DNA from: Devosia sp.
Lineage (GTDB): Bacteria > Pseudomonadota > Alphaproteobacteria > Rhizobiales > Devosiaceae
Direction: 5' to 3'
Assembly: GCF_017307565.1 (NCBI RefSeq)
Contig: NZ_JAFKHD010000070.1
Location: forward strand, 1-61,054
DNA length: 61,054 bases
Below the pieces are notes generated by a model. The model had not been told where the DNA came from and did no database searches. It saw nothing but the letters and a program-made list of their open reading frames with translations. Both the position numbers and the translations under genes were made by a program. Position 1 is the stretch's first letter. Every line of letters starts with the position of its first letter. Shown here one piece after another: positions 37,065 to 46,870 of the stretch.

Positions 37065-38074
37065 ATCCCGCCTTCCGGCCGAAGGTCGGAAAATTGCACC
37101 CGTCCATGCCCAAGCCGTTCGAGGGCCGTAAATATCGCTTGCCCGTCGAGCACCTGATGGCTGTGGTGAATGCCGGGTGGTACGCGTCCTGCGAGCACGT
37201 CTTCCGCGGCCAGTGCCGCAACCGCTGCCGTTACAGCAGCCTCGCGCCGTCCGAAGAAGAAGGCATCCTGCGCCACGGGGCGGCTCGCGCGCTTGCCATG
37301 GGCCGTTACCGACAGCACGCATTTGTCCGAGCCGAGCGTCGGCATGTGGCTGATGCGCTCGACGAGCGCTTGCATCGTGGCATTGCCGGCAAATGTCCTG
37401 CCCAGCCAGAATAGCAGTCCTGAAAGCATTGCGGAGTCGTAAGTCACGCGCGTCACAGTCCGCACGCCTGGCATGGTCCGGGCCAATACATGCTGGTCCG
37501 CAAAATCCATGAAATGAGCCTGCCTCATCCCAAAGTCCGGCCCAAAACTGATCCGCGCATCGTCGCGTGGCGCCTTCGGATCGAACATGTTGCGCGTCGA
37601 CCACGCAATGGCTGCGGAGCCATGGTCGTCGCCGGTGCCCATCAGGATACCGATCTCTATGCTCTCGACCACATCGAGCTGTTTCGCAGCGGCCGCCGAC
37701 AATAGGTTTGAGAGGCCCGGTGCGAGGCCCAGCGACAGCACGACAGGCGTCCTGACCTCCAGCGCCTCGACGTGTCGGAAGAAGTCATCCCCAGCGGTAA
37801 CGTCGATGTAACCGATCCCGCGCCGCGTGACTTCCGATACAAAGGCGGTGTCTTTCTGGTCGATCGAAGCCACGACCAGGTCAATACCCTCCAGCGCATC
37901 GGCCCATGTGGGCGGCGCGCCGAGGTCAATCCTGCGAGCCCCAAACCCGATAGCCGCGGCTTTGGTCAGATTCCGTCCGGCAACGATGACGTGGTTTTCC
38001 GGCTTGGACGCAAGCGTGCGGGCGATCTGGCTGCCAACGGCGCCATAGCCGCCGACTAAGAGGGTGCTGGGCAT
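37061..38074 (-). CDS. Saccharopine-dehydrogenase-like oxidoreductase
   Basis: GGYGAVG, AGRN, YIDVTA, GLAPGLSNL. Confidence 0.75.
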   Translation of the reverse strand: MPSTLLVGGYGAVGSQIARTLASKPENHVIVAGRNLTKAAAIGFGARRIDLGAPPTWADALEGIDLVVASIDQKDTAFVSEVTRRGIGYIDVTAGDDFFRHVEALEVRTPVVLSLGLAPGLSNLLSAAAAKQLDVVESIEIGILMGTGDDHGSAAIAWSTRNMFDPKAPRDDARISFGPDFGMRQAHFMDFADQHVLARTMPGVRTVTRVTYDSAMLSGLLFWLGRTFAGNATMQALVERISHMPTLGSDKCVLSVTAHGKRASRPVAQDAFFFGRREAAVTAAVAALAAEDVLAGRVPPGIHHSHQVLDGQAIFTALERLGHGRVQFSDLRPEGGI

Positions 38075-38178
38075 TTCCTGTAACTATTCCAGTGCGTTGA
38101 CTGCACCGAGACAGGTAACCGAAAGCCCCGGCAACAGCCGATGCTACGAAACGCCGCTCCAACGTGGGAAGGTTGGTT

Positions 38179-38739
38179 TTATTGCCAGCGTTTGAAGCTT
38201 TTGAGGTGCGTGAGTGATCCAGTCACGGTCGTGACGATACGGTTGACCGGGTCCGTCACCGGTACGACAATCACATTTTCGACCGCCGGATCGGGCACCT
38301 CCAGAGTGGCGAACTGGCTGTCGAGCAGGCTTGTCGGCATGTATTCATGATCGCGCTTGGCCATCCGCTCGCCGATCACTTCCCGGCTGCCATCGAGATA
38401 GACGAAGAGCACGGGTTCGCCGGCCTTTTCGGTGATGAAGTCGCGATAGGCCTTCTTGAGCGCGGAACATGCACTCACGGCGACGCCCTTCTTCTTTTCC
38501 GCCGCTTCCTTGAGGGCCGCTGTCAGCGCTTCAAGCCAGGGCCAGCGATCATCGTCCGTCAGAGGTGTGCCGGCGCGCATTTTCTCGACATTGGCCTCGG
38601 GGTGGTAGCGGTCGCCATCAAGAAACGGGGCATGCAAGGCCCGCCCCAAGGCCGCCCCCACCGTCGACTTGCCGGACGAGCTGACGCCCATGACAATGAT
38701 GATACGGGCCGGTTCAAACGACTGCGGTGAAGGCGCCAT
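38179..38739 (-). CDS. Gluconokinase (GntK/IdnK type)
   Basis: MGVSSSGKST, PLTDDDRWPWL, CSALK, LLDSQFATLE; start uncertain. Confidence 0.9.
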   Translation of the reverse strand: MAPSPQSFEPARIIIVMGVSSSGKSTVGAALGRALHAPFLDGDRYHPEANVEKMRAGTPLTDDDRWPWLEALTAALKEAAEKKKGVAVSACSALKKAYRDFITEKAGEPVLFVYLDGSREVIGERMAKRDHEYMPTSLLDSQFATLEVPDPAVENVIVVPVTDPVNRIVTTVTGSLTHLKSFKRWQ

Positions 38740-39484
38740 CGACATAGAGAATGTGTCCATTTACAAAACTTGCGGCATCGGATGCCAGAAAGACGGCCAC
38801 GGGCCCCAACTCTCCGACTTCCCCCCAGCGCCCCATCGGCGTGCGCTGTTCCACCCAGGCATTGAATGCCGGGTCGGTGATCAAGGCCTCGTTGAGGTCA
38901 GTCTTGAAGTAGCCCGGAGCGATGGCGTTGACGTTGAGCCCCTTGCGGGCCCAGTCGGCTGCCATGCCACGTGTGAGATTGGCGATGGCGGCCTTGGCCG
39001 CCCCATAGGCAGCCGCAGTGGGCCGCGCATGGTCGGTCAGGATCGAGCAGATATTGATGATCTTGCCGCGCCCGCGTTCGATCATGCCCTGGGCGACTGC
39101 CTGGCTGACCGAGAAGGTCGCCGTGACATGGGTCGCCATGATCTTTTCGAAATCGTCGTGCCGATAGGTTTCGAGCGGCCCGCGGATCTGCATCCCGGCA
39201 TTGTTTATGAGGATATCGATCGGGCCGATTTCCGCTTCGCAGTGGCGGATCGCTTCGCCAACACTTTCCGGGCTCGTAACGTCAAAGGCCAGGGCGGCCA
39301 CGTCGGCGCCGGCTTCAGCGAGGTCAGCTGCCGCAGCACCCAGCGCGACATTGTCCCGGGCGTTGAGCACAATCTTTGCACCGGCACCGGCAAGGGCACG
39401 GGCCATGGCAAAACCAAGGCCGCGGCTCGATCCGGTGACCAAGGCCCTGCGGCCCGTCAGGTCAAATGGCGAACGCTCGCCCAT
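38714..39484 (-). CDS. Gluconate 5-dehydrogenase-like SDR
   Basis: FDLTGRRALVTGSSRGLG, GKIINICS, YGAAK, IAPGYFKT; between gluconokinase and gndA. Confidence 0.8.
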   Translation of the reverse strand: MGERSPFDLTGRRALVTGSSRGLGFAMARALAGAGAKIVLNARDNVALGAAAADLAEAGADVAALAFDVTSPESVGEAIRHCEAEIGPIDILINNAGMQIRGPLETYRHDDFEKIMATHVTATFSVSQAVAQGMIERGRGKIINICSILTDHARPTAAAYGAAKAAIANLTRGMAADWARKGLNVNAIAPGYFKTDLNEALITDPAFNAWVEQRTPMGRWGEVGELGPVAVFLASDAASFVNGHILYVDGAFTAVV

Positions 39485-39704
39485 GGTTGATGGTCCTCCA
39501 CTTCGCGCCTTCTTAGTCAGCCAGGACCTGATAGCGCAAGTCGAACGAATACTTCCATACAAGTGTTGGGAGTGGTCGAAATTTGCGCGATCCGTACTTT
39601 CATCAGCAGCCGGTTTGTGGTCATTGTCACGGCCGCGTGCTATGCACCCTGCGCATGGCCCGACACGACCTGGACGGCGACGAATACCTTGGAAGGATAG
39701 CTTC

Positions 39705-41123
39705 ATGGCGACTGCGGATATCGGGCTGATCGGCCTAGCGGTAATGGGTTCAAACCTGGCGCTCAACATCGCCGAAAAAGGCTACACCGTTGCCGTGCAC
39801 AACCGCTCGGCCGGCCGCATCGACGAGTTCGTCGCCGAGGCCAAGGCGCAGGGTCTCGACCAGAATACCATTCCGAAATACGACCTCGCCGAATTCGTGC
39901 AGGCGGTTAAGGCTCCGCGCTCGATCATCATCATGGTCAAGGCCGGCCAGCCGGTCGACGACATGATCGAGCAGCTCCTGCCGCACCTGTCGCCGGGCGA
40001 CGCGATCATCGAGTGCGGCAACTCGCTCTATACCGATACGCAGCGCCGCTTCGACTACCTCAAGCCCAAGAACATCGGCTATCTCGGCGTCGGCGTTTCC
40101 GGCGGTGAAGAAGGCGCCCGCCACGGCCCGTCGATCATGGTCGGCGGCTCCAAGGAACAGTGGCACAATGCCGAGGCGGTTCTCACTGCCATCGCCGCCA
40201 AGTTCAATGGCGAAAGCTGCTGCGCATATCTGGGCGAAGGTGGCGCTGGCCACTTCGTCAAGATGATCCACAACGGCATCGAATATGGCGACATGCAGAT
40301 GATCGCCGAAATCTACGGCGTGATGCGCGACGGTCTGGGCATGTCGGCCAAGGAATGCGCTGACGTCTTCAAGGAATGGAACAAGGGTCCGCTCAATTCC
40401 TACCTGATCGAAATCACCGGCCACGTTCTGGACGCCGTCGATGACCAGACTGGCAAGCCGCTGGTTGACCTGATCCTCGACAAGGCCGGCCAGAAGGGCA
40501 CCGGCATGTGGTCCGCCGTCGTTGCTCAGCAGATGGGTGTCCCGGCAACCGCCATCGAAGGCGCCGTCGCAGCCCGTTCGCTGTCTTCGCGCAAGTCCGA
40601 GCGCGTCGCCGCCGAAGCCATCTATGGCAAGCCGAACCGCGCCAAGACCGACGTCACCCTGGCCGATCTCGAAAAGGCGCTGCTCGCCGGCAAGATCGTT
40701 TCCTATGCTCAGGGCTTTGCCGTGATCAACAAGGCCTCGGAAGAGTTCGGCTGGTCGCTGCCCCTCGCAACGATCGCCAAGATCTGGCGCGCCGGCTGCA
40801 TCATCCGCTCGCGTTTCCTCGATCAGATGTCGTCGGCCTATGCCAAGGGCGAAGCCACTAATCTTCTCGTCGTGCCCGACTTCGTCGGCATCATGAAGGA
40901 CAGCCACCCGAGCCTGCGCAAGGTTGTGGCGGCCGCGTCCGTCGGCGAATTCCCGATGATCTGTCTCTCGGCCTCGCTGAGCTATTTCGACAGCTACCGT
41001 CAGGCTCAGGGCACCGCCAACCTGACCCAGGGCCAGCGCGACTTCTTCGGCGCCCATGGCTTTGAAATCGAAGGCCGCGGCAGCGACCTGCACGGCACCT
41101 GGCCGTCGACCCTCGGCAAGTAA
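39705..41123 (+). CDS. gndA: NADP-dependent 6-phosphogluconate dehydrogenase
   Basis: GLAVMG, SGGEEGA, VKMIHNGIEYGDMQ, QKGTG, QRDFFGAH. Confidence 0.97.
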   Translation: MATADIGLIGLAVMGSNLALNIAEKGYTVAVHNRSAGRIDEFVAEAKAQGLDQNTIPKYDLAEFVQAVKAPRSIIIMVKAGQPVDDMIEQLLPHLSPGDAIIECGNSLYTDTQRRFDYLKPKNIGYLGVGVSGGEEGARHGPSIMVGGSKEQWHNAEAVLTAIAAKFNGESCCAYLGEGGAGHFVKMIHNGIEYGDMQMIAEIYGVMRDGLGMSAKECADVFKEWNKGPLNSYLIEITGHVLDAVDDQTGKPLVDLILDKAGQKGTGMWSAVVAQQMGVPATAIEGAVAARSLSSRKSERVAAEAIYGKPNRAKTDVTLADLEKALLAGKIVSYAQGFAVINKASEEFGWSLPLATIAKIWRAGCIIRSRFLDQMSSAYAKGEATNLLVVPDFVGIMKDSHPSLRKVVAAASVGEFPMICLSASLSYFDSYRQAQGTANLTQGQRDFFGAHGFEIEGRGSDLHGTWPSTLGK

Positions 41124-41133
41124 GCCAAAAAAG

Positions 41134-41160
41134 AAAAGCCCCGCTTCGGCGGGGCTTTTT
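41134..41160 (+). terminator. Intrinsic terminator after gndA
   Basis: aaaagccccgc-ttcg-gcggggcttttt. Confidence 0.9.
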
Positions 41161-41214
41161 GTATTTTAGAGCCGGTCATACGTCGGGGCCGGTATCAAGA
41201 ACGCCTACCTCTCC

Positions 41215-41293
41215 CCGTCGTCACCACCGGGCTCGTCCCGGTGGTCCATGGCGCCCCAAGCTGGATTGCATGGACAGGCCCGGCAATGACGAC
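41215..41293. repeat. REP-like palindromic intergenic repeat
   Basis: gtcgtca...tgacgac ends with internal hairpin accaccggg/cccggtggt; 41278-41293 is the exact reverse complement of 61039-61054. Confidence 0.75.
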
Positions 41294-41325
41294 TGCGGAT
41301 GTCTCTGCGCTCTTGGCGTTAAATC

Positions 41326-41817
41326 CTAAACCAGCGCCTTGAACATCACATAACTGTCCACATAGCCGTAGACCGGATGCCGAAACGCCAGCGGCAATGT
41401 ACCGACGATCTCAAAGCCCAGCTTCTGCCATAGCGCCACGGCGCGCGTATTCTTCGACACTACGTGGTTGAACTGCATCGCGCGAAAACCGCGCTCTTTC
41501 GCGATCACCTGCGAATGCTCGCACATGCGCCCGGCAATGCCTTTGCCCTGAGCCAGGGGTGAAACCATATAGCCGCAATTGGCGACATGCGCCCCGCCGC
41601 CGCGCTGGTTGGCCTGGAGGTAATAGGTACCGAGAATCCGGCCTTCCTCCTCTGCCACAAACACTTCATGCGCGGGCAAGAACCAATAGTCGAGCATCTG
41701 CGCGTCGGTGAGATCGGTGTCGATCGCATAGGTTTCGCCGGCCCGCAGCACCGGGCCGATAATCTCTAGAACCGCGGCCCTGTCAGCGCCGGTTGCGGGT
41801 CTGATGATCATTTTCAT
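41326..41817 (-). CDS. GNAT acetyltransferase
   Basis: HVANCGYMV, QGKGIA, AMQFNHVVS.N..AVALW. Confidence 0.88.
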   Translation of the reverse strand: MKMIIRPATGADRAAVLEIIGPVLRAGETYAIDTDLTDAQMLDYWFLPAHEVFVAEEEGRILGTYYLQANQRGGGAHVANCGYMVSPLAQGKGIAGRMCEHSQVIAKERGFRAMQFNHVVSKNTRAVALWQKLGFEIVGTLPLAFRHPVYGYVDSYVMFKALV

Positions 41818-43117
41818 CCTCGATTGGAGCGACGCGCAGCTGTCCGGGTGGCGGCAGGTCGGGAACATGCGGGTGATCGGCGACGCTCGGGCGGTGCGTC
41901 AGCTCGAACCGCCACGCCGCAATGCCGAAAATGACGAGCGAGATCACGACAGCTGCCGCGCAGGCGACGAAGGGAGCGCCAGGAAAATAGTGCGTCGAAT
42001 CCACTGCGCTGTAGTAGGAAAAAATCTGCGTTGCCGCGAGCGGGCCGATGATGGTCGCGAGCGAGCTCGCCGCATTCACCGCGCCCTGCAATTCGCCCTG
42101 GCTATTGTCGGGCACCTGCCGCGACAGCACGCCATTGATGGCGGGCGGCGCAAGACCGCTGACCGTGCCGACCGCGATGAAGAGGTAGAGGTGATAGACC
42201 TCCGCCGAAAAGGCGATGCCGGCAAAGGCGGTCGCCGCGAACAGCAGGCCCACGATGCCCACGGCTGGCTCGCCTAGTCCCTTCGACAGCGGCCCCGCGA
42301 GCACGGCCTGGCTGAAGGCGAAGCCGATGCCGAAGGCACCCAGCGTGCGGCCGATGGTGGAGGAGGTGAAGTGGAACACTTCCACCGTGAAATAGCTGAA
42401 GATCGTCGGTAGGGCCTGCGTCGCCAGCTGCAGGAAGAACAGCACGGCCAGCAGCCACAGTACCGAAGGATAGCGCTTGAGCGCCATGACGGCGCCGAGT
42501 GGATTGGCGCGCTTGATGTTGAACTTGCGCCGATTGGCCTTGGGGAGGCTTTCCGGCAGCACCAGGAGGCCGAAGAGGAAATTGGCAAAGGCAAGGCCCG
42601 CAGCGGCATAGAACGGCACACGCGGGCCCAGTTCACCGAGTTCGCCGCCGATCACCGGCCCGATGATGAAGCCCAGCCCGAACGCCGCGCCGATGAGGCC
42701 GAAGCGATGGGTGCGCTTATGCGGCGGGGTGATGTCGGCCATATAGGCCGTCGCCGTCGCCAGCGCCGCCCCGGCAATGCCCGCGATGATGCGGCCGATG
42801 AAGAGGTACCAGACGAAGGGCGCAATCGACATCATCAGGTAGTCGAAGGTCAGCCCCAAAAGCGAGGCAAGCAGCACCGGGCGCCGGCCGAACCGGTCCG
42901 AGAGGTTGCCCAAGACCGGCGAAAACAGGAACTGCATCGAGGCATAGGCGAAAACGAGATAGCCACCGATCACGGCCGCATCCGCAACGCCGCCGCCGGT
43001 AAGCTCTTCGAGCAGTTCGGGCAGCACCGGCACGATGATGCCCACACCGATCATGTCGAGCAGAATGGTCAGGAGAATGCAGGCAAGGGTCAGTCGGGAG
43101 CGTGTCGCAGCTTGCAT
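41783..43117 (-). CDS. TetA/DHA1-like MFS transporter
   Basis: LDMIGVGIIVPVLP, GNLSDRFGRRPVLL, GFIIGPVIGG, QGELQG. Confidence 0.88.
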   Translation of the reverse strand: MQAATRSRLTLACILLTILLDMIGVGIIVPVLPELLEELTGGGVADAAVIGGYLVFAYASMQFLFSPVLGNLSDRFGRRPVLLASLLGLTFDYLMMSIAPFVWYLFIGRIIAGIAGAALATATAYMADITPPHKRTHRFGLIGAAFGLGFIIGPVIGGELGELGPRVPFYAAAGLAFANFLFGLLVLPESLPKANRRKFNIKRANPLGAVMALKRYPSVLWLLAVLFFLQLATQALPTIFSYFTVEVFHFTSSTIGRTLGAFGIGFAFSQAVLAGPLSKGLGEPAVGIVGLLFAATAFAGIAFSAEVYHLYLFIAVGTVSGLAPPAINGVLSRQVPDNSQGELQGAVNAASSLATIIGPLAATQIFSYYSAVDSTHYFPGAPFVACAAAVVISLVIFGIAAWRFELTHRPSVADHPHVPDLPPPGQLRVAPIEDENDHQTRNRR

Positions 43118-43199
43118 GCGGAATTCGTTCCCTTTCAACCATCTAACCCGTGAGCAGCGCAATTGACACGGGCGGGCCGCGCAACGCAAGGCCGTTGGA

Positions 43200-44378
43200 T
43201 TATTGCGTTTGCTCCGCGGGCGCGACGTCATACCCGTAGATCCAGCCGAGCCGCTTGAGATGGGCACGAGGCCCCTGCAACTGCATCACGGTGTCGCGGG
43301 CGACCGACAGCGGCCACCTCATATGAAAAATGCGGCCATTGCTTGCCGACAGACGCGCAACGCGCCCGACTCGCGATTGCCTTATGGCCGCGTAACGCGC
43401 AAAGGCCGCTTCGGGTTCGGTGTGCTCAACCAGAAGCGGGCCAAGCGTCGCCGCATCCTCGATGCCCATGGCCGCGCCCTGGGCCTGAAACGGCACCATG
43501 GCATGGGCGGCATCGCCGATGAGCCCGATATTGTCGCGGTGCCAGACCGGGGTCGTCACCGTATAGAGCGGCCACGGCGTCCAGCTCTCGCCGGCGGCCG
43601 CCAGAATCACACCCAGCGAACCTTTGCCTTTGAGGCTTGGCTTCCTGGGATTGTCCTCGGGCTTGCCCGGCAGGAAGAGGGCGAGATTGACCTGTCCCCG
43701 ATGCGGCAGCGGGTAGCACACAAGATGGTGGCCGGAGCCGAAGAAGACCGAAACCCGGTCCATGGCGATCACGCTCGAAACCGCTTCCGCCGGCACCAGC
43801 GTGCGCCAGGCAACGCGCCCGCCAAACTGGGCGTCAGGCCCTTCGAGCACGTGGCGTCTTGTGTGCGAATGCACGCCATCTGCACCGATAAAGGCATTGG
43901 CGCGCGTGGTCCGGCTCTGGCCATCGGCTTCGTCGACCACAACCGTCACCCCGCGCGCATGGGAAACGACATCCCAGCCGCGCACACCGAAAATGATGTC
44001 GATATTGGCGAAGCGCCTCGTGGCTCTGTAGAGGGCCTCGGCGAGATCAGCGCGGTGCATCACGGCATAGGGCGCGCCGAAGCGCTCCGCCATGATCGGC
44101 CCGAATTCCATGCTGAAAAAGGGCGTCGAACGCCCGTTCTGGTAGGTGTCGAGCGCCGCCGGCTCGAGCGCAACATGCGTCAGCGCGTCGGAAAGGCCCA
44201 GGCGATCGAGAATGCGGCGCGCATTGGGGCTGATCTGGAGGCCGGCCCCGGCCTCCTGGATGGTTGCGTTGCGCTCAAGCACCACCACCGTCGCCCCGAA
44301 CTTGGCGAGGGTCAGCGCCAGCGTAAGCCCGGAGATACCCGCTCCGGCTATGACATAGTTGCGGCCCATTGCGGGCAT
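43200..44378 (-). CDS. FAD-dependent monooxygenase (salicylate-hydroxylase-like)
   Basis: GAGISG, GAGLQISPN, IGADG, GDAAHAMVPFQAQGAAMGIED. Confidence 0.88.
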   Translation of the reverse strand: MPAMGRNYVIAGAGISGLTLALTLAKFGATVVVLERNATIQEAGAGLQISPNARRILDRLGLSDALTHVALEPAALDTYQNGRSTPFFSMEFGPIMAERFGAPYAVMHRADLAEALYRATRRFANIDIIFGVRGWDVVSHARGVTVVVDEADGQSRTTRANAFIGADGVHSHTRRHVLEGPDAQFGGRVAWRTLVPAEAVSSVIAMDRVSVFFGSGHHLVCYPLPHRGQVNLALFLPGKPEDNPRKPSLKGKGSLGVILAAAGESWTPWPLYTVTTPVWHRDNIGLIGDAAHAMVPFQAQGAAMGIEDAATLGPLLVEHTEPEAAFARYAAIRQSRVGRVARLSASNGRIFHMRWPLSVARDTVMQLQGPRAHLKRLGWIYGYDVAPAEQTQ

Positions 44379-44387
44379 GGTCTCAAC

Positions 44388-44633
44388 TCAGGCGGCGTAT
44401 GCCTTGAAGATCGCGGAAGCGGGGTTGGCGTTACCTTCGCCAAGCTCGGGCTTGTAGATATAGAGCGTCGAGCAATAGGGGCAGACCGCTTCGTTGTCCT
44501 TGCCCATATCGATGAAGATATGCGGGTGATCGAACGGGGGCAGGGCGCCGACGCACTGGAACTCCTTGGAGCCAACCTCGATGCTGCGGAGGCCTTCGGT
44601 GTTGTGGAAATGGGGCGTGGTGCCGTGTGCCAT
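44388..44633 (-). CDS. zf-CHCC zinc-finger protein
   Basis: EFQCVGALPPFDHPHIFIDMG...CPYCST. Confidence 0.88.
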   Translation of the reverse strand: MAHGTTPHFHNTEGLRSIEVGSKEFQCVGALPPFDHPHIFIDMGKDNEAVCPYCSTLYIYKPELGEGNANPASAIFKAYAA

Positions 44634-44729
44634 GGTCAAACCTGTGGGGTCGGTATTTTGCGCCGGACCATAGCCAAGTGGAGCCGGGAAGAAAAGAGTT
44701 AGAACCCGCGTGTTTGACGCTTCCACGGC

Positions 44730-44754
44730 GTCATTCCCGCGAAAGCGGGAATCC
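44730..44754. repeat. dRS3-like palindromic repeat
   Basis: gtc-ATTCCC-gcgaaagc-GGGAAT-cc; related hairpin at 53273-53294. Confidence 0.7.
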
Positions 44755-44841
44755 GGCGCAAGGGGCGGGGCGCTTCCCACCTATCTTGCCCTTGGCACAA
44801 GGCGCCCCCCGCGGCTAAACACTCCTCAAAAGGAATTCGCC

Positions 44842-45612
44842 ATGCCCATGTTTCAGTCCAGTGGATATTCGCTCGCCTATGAGACCGCGGGCGATGGGCC
44901 GGCGGTGCTCTGCATTCACGGCTTTGCCTCGAGCGGCAAGGTCAACTGGATCGAGACCGGCTGGGTCGAGACGTTGGTCGGGGCCGGGTACAAGGCCATC
45001 ACCTTCGATCACCGCGGCCATGGCCAATCAGCTAAGCCGCATGACCCGGAAGCCTATTTCCCCGAGCGCATGGTCGACGATAGCCTCGCTCTCCTCGATC
45101 ATCTAGGCGAAAAGCGCGTCGCCGTACTCGGTTATTCCATGGGCGCCCGCGTCGCCGCGTTTCTGTCCTTCCTTTATCCGGAGCGAGTCGCGGCCGCGAT
45201 TTTCGGCGGCATGGGCATGAACCTCATCAACGGCCTGACCGACGGCAATGACATCATCGCCGGCCTCCGCGCCCCGAGCCTTGCCGATCTCAGCCACCCC
45301 ACGGCGCGCCAGTTCCGCATCTTCGCCGATCACACCGGTTCCGACCGTGAGGCGCTGGCGGCTTGCATGGAAACGTCCCGCCAGCCCATGGCGCGCGCCG
45401 ACGTCCGGCGAATCGAGGTCCCGGTGCTTGTCGCCGTGGGCGAGGCCGACGAAATGGCCGGCGCGCCGGAGCCGCTGGCCGAACTGCTGCCCCATGGCGA
45501 AGCCTTCGTCATCCCGCGCCGCGACCATATGCGTGCCACCGGCGACACCAAGTTCAAGGCCGCCGCGCTCGAATTCCTGAGCAGGACTTTCCCCATTCCC
45601 TCGAAGGCGTGA
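44842..45612 (+). CDS. Alpha/beta hydrolase
   Basis: HGFASS, DHRGHG, GYSMGAR, RDHM. Confidence 0.9.
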   Translation: MPMFQSSGYSLAYETAGDGPAVLCIHGFASSGKVNWIETGWVETLVGAGYKAITFDHRGHGQSAKPHDPEAYFPERMVDDSLALLDHLGEKRVAVLGYSMGARVAAFLSFLYPERVAAAIFGGMGMNLINGLTDGNDIIAGLRAPSLADLSHPTARQFRIFADHTGSDREALAACMETSRQPMARADVRRIEVPVLVAVGEADEMAGAPEPLAELLPHGEAFVIPRRDHMRATGDTKFKAAALEFLSRTFPIPSKA

Positions 45613-45693
45613 ACCAATCCATGCGCGAGGGCTTTGTGTTGGACAACCAAATGTCTTATATCGGTAAGTCTCGATAAAGCGGAGTTGGCCCCC

Positions 45694-46518
45694 ATGAGCG
45701 GCAATGCCCAGAAATCGGCGCTGATCAAATCGGTCGATCCGGTATGGGAGGCGGTGCGTGTCGGCGCCCGCCAGATTCTCGATTCTGACCCGGCTCTTGG
45801 GCAGATGGCGCTGACCACGGTGCTCAACCACGATTCCTTTGAGGAAGCGCTGGCCCATCGTCTGGCCTCGCGCCTCGATCACGAAGACGTTTCGGCCGAC
45901 ATCATTCGCCAGACCTTCGCAGAGGTGCTGCGCGACGATCCGACCATCGGCGAAGCGGCACGCGTCGACCTCGCCGCCACGCTCGAGCGCGATCCTGCCT
46001 GCCATCGGGCCATCGAGCCCTTGCTCTATTTCAAGGGCTACCAGGCCATCCAGACGCATCGCTTCGCCAATGCTCTCTTCAAGGCCGGTCGTCGCGATTT
46101 CGCGCTCTATCTTCAGAGCCGCGCCAGCCAGGTGTTCCAGGTCGATATCAACCCGGCCGTTCCCATGGGCAAGGGCATCATGCTCGACCATGGCACCGGC
46201 CTCGTCATCGGCGAGACCGCGGTTGTTGGCGACAATGTCTCGATGCTGCAGAACGTGACCCTCGGCGGTACCGGCAAGGCCGATCAGGATCGCCATCCTA
46301 AGATCGGTAATGGCGTGCTTATCGGCGCTGGCGCCAAGGTTCTGGGCAATATCCGGGTCGGCGATTGCTCGCGCATCGGCGCCGGTTCGGTTGTCCTCAA
46401 GGAAGTGCCGCCGCGCACCACCGTCGCCGGTGTTCCGGCCAAGGTGATCGGCGAAGCCGGCTGCGCCCAGCCCGCCTTGGTCATGGACCAGATGGTGCTT
46501 GTGCACGACAACACCTGA
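45694..46518 (+). CDS. cysE: Serine O-acetyltransferase
   Basis: RDPAC, FKGYQAIQ, LDHGTG, TLGGTGK..DRHPK. Confidence 0.95.
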   Translation: MSGNAQKSALIKSVDPVWEAVRVGARQILDSDPALGQMALTTVLNHDSFEEALAHRLASRLDHEDVSADIIRQTFAEVLRDDPTIGEAARVDLAATLERDPACHRAIEPLLYFKGYQAIQTHRFANALFKAGRRDFALYLQSRASQVFQVDINPAVPMGKGIMLDHGTGLVIGETAVVGDNVSMLQNVTLGGTGKADQDRHPKIGNGVLIGAGAKVLGNIRVGDCSRIGAGSVVLKEVPPRTTVAGVPAKVIGEAGCAQPALVMDQMVLVHDNT

Positions 46519-46631
46519 GTGGTGGAGCAAGTCTCCGTCACAGGTTGTCACCGCTAAAATGCCGACCTCAGGGGTTGTCAGCGCTTCGTGAGGTACTAGA
46601 TTGCGCCAACCCCAACCGCAGGACGATTGCC

Positions 46632-46850
46632 GTGAACCATCCAGAGATCATCAAGCTGCAGAAATTCTTGCAGCGGACGTTCAACAACAAGAACATCGAC
46701 GTTCGCCCGCGCGCCAAGCTCAACGACTCGGTTGAAGTGTTCATCGGCGAAGAGTCGATCGGCCTCATCCACGTTGACGATGAAGACGGCGACAAATCCT
46801 ACATGTTCTCGATGTCGATCCTCGATATCGACCTTGACGATATCGAATAA
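46632..46850 (+). CDS. DUF3126 family protein
   Basis: GTG start; KLQKFLQRTFNN...DSVEVFIGEE.IG...DEDGDKSY.F.MSILD; usual neighbour of cysE. Confidence 0.85.
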   Translation: MNHPEIIKLQKFLQRTFNNKNIDVRPRAKLNDSVEVFIGEESIGLIHVDDEDGDKSYMFSMSILDIDLDDIE

Positions 46851-46870
46851 CGAATTCTGATCGGCGCCAA

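Noticed and set aside
41326-44633. Tetracycline resistance locus (TetA-like MFS plus flavin monooxygenase as TetX)
   Set aside because: No tetR or mobile element; host-like codon use; the monooxygenase resembles the salicylate-hydroxylase-like gene normally paired with zf-CHCC near cysE.
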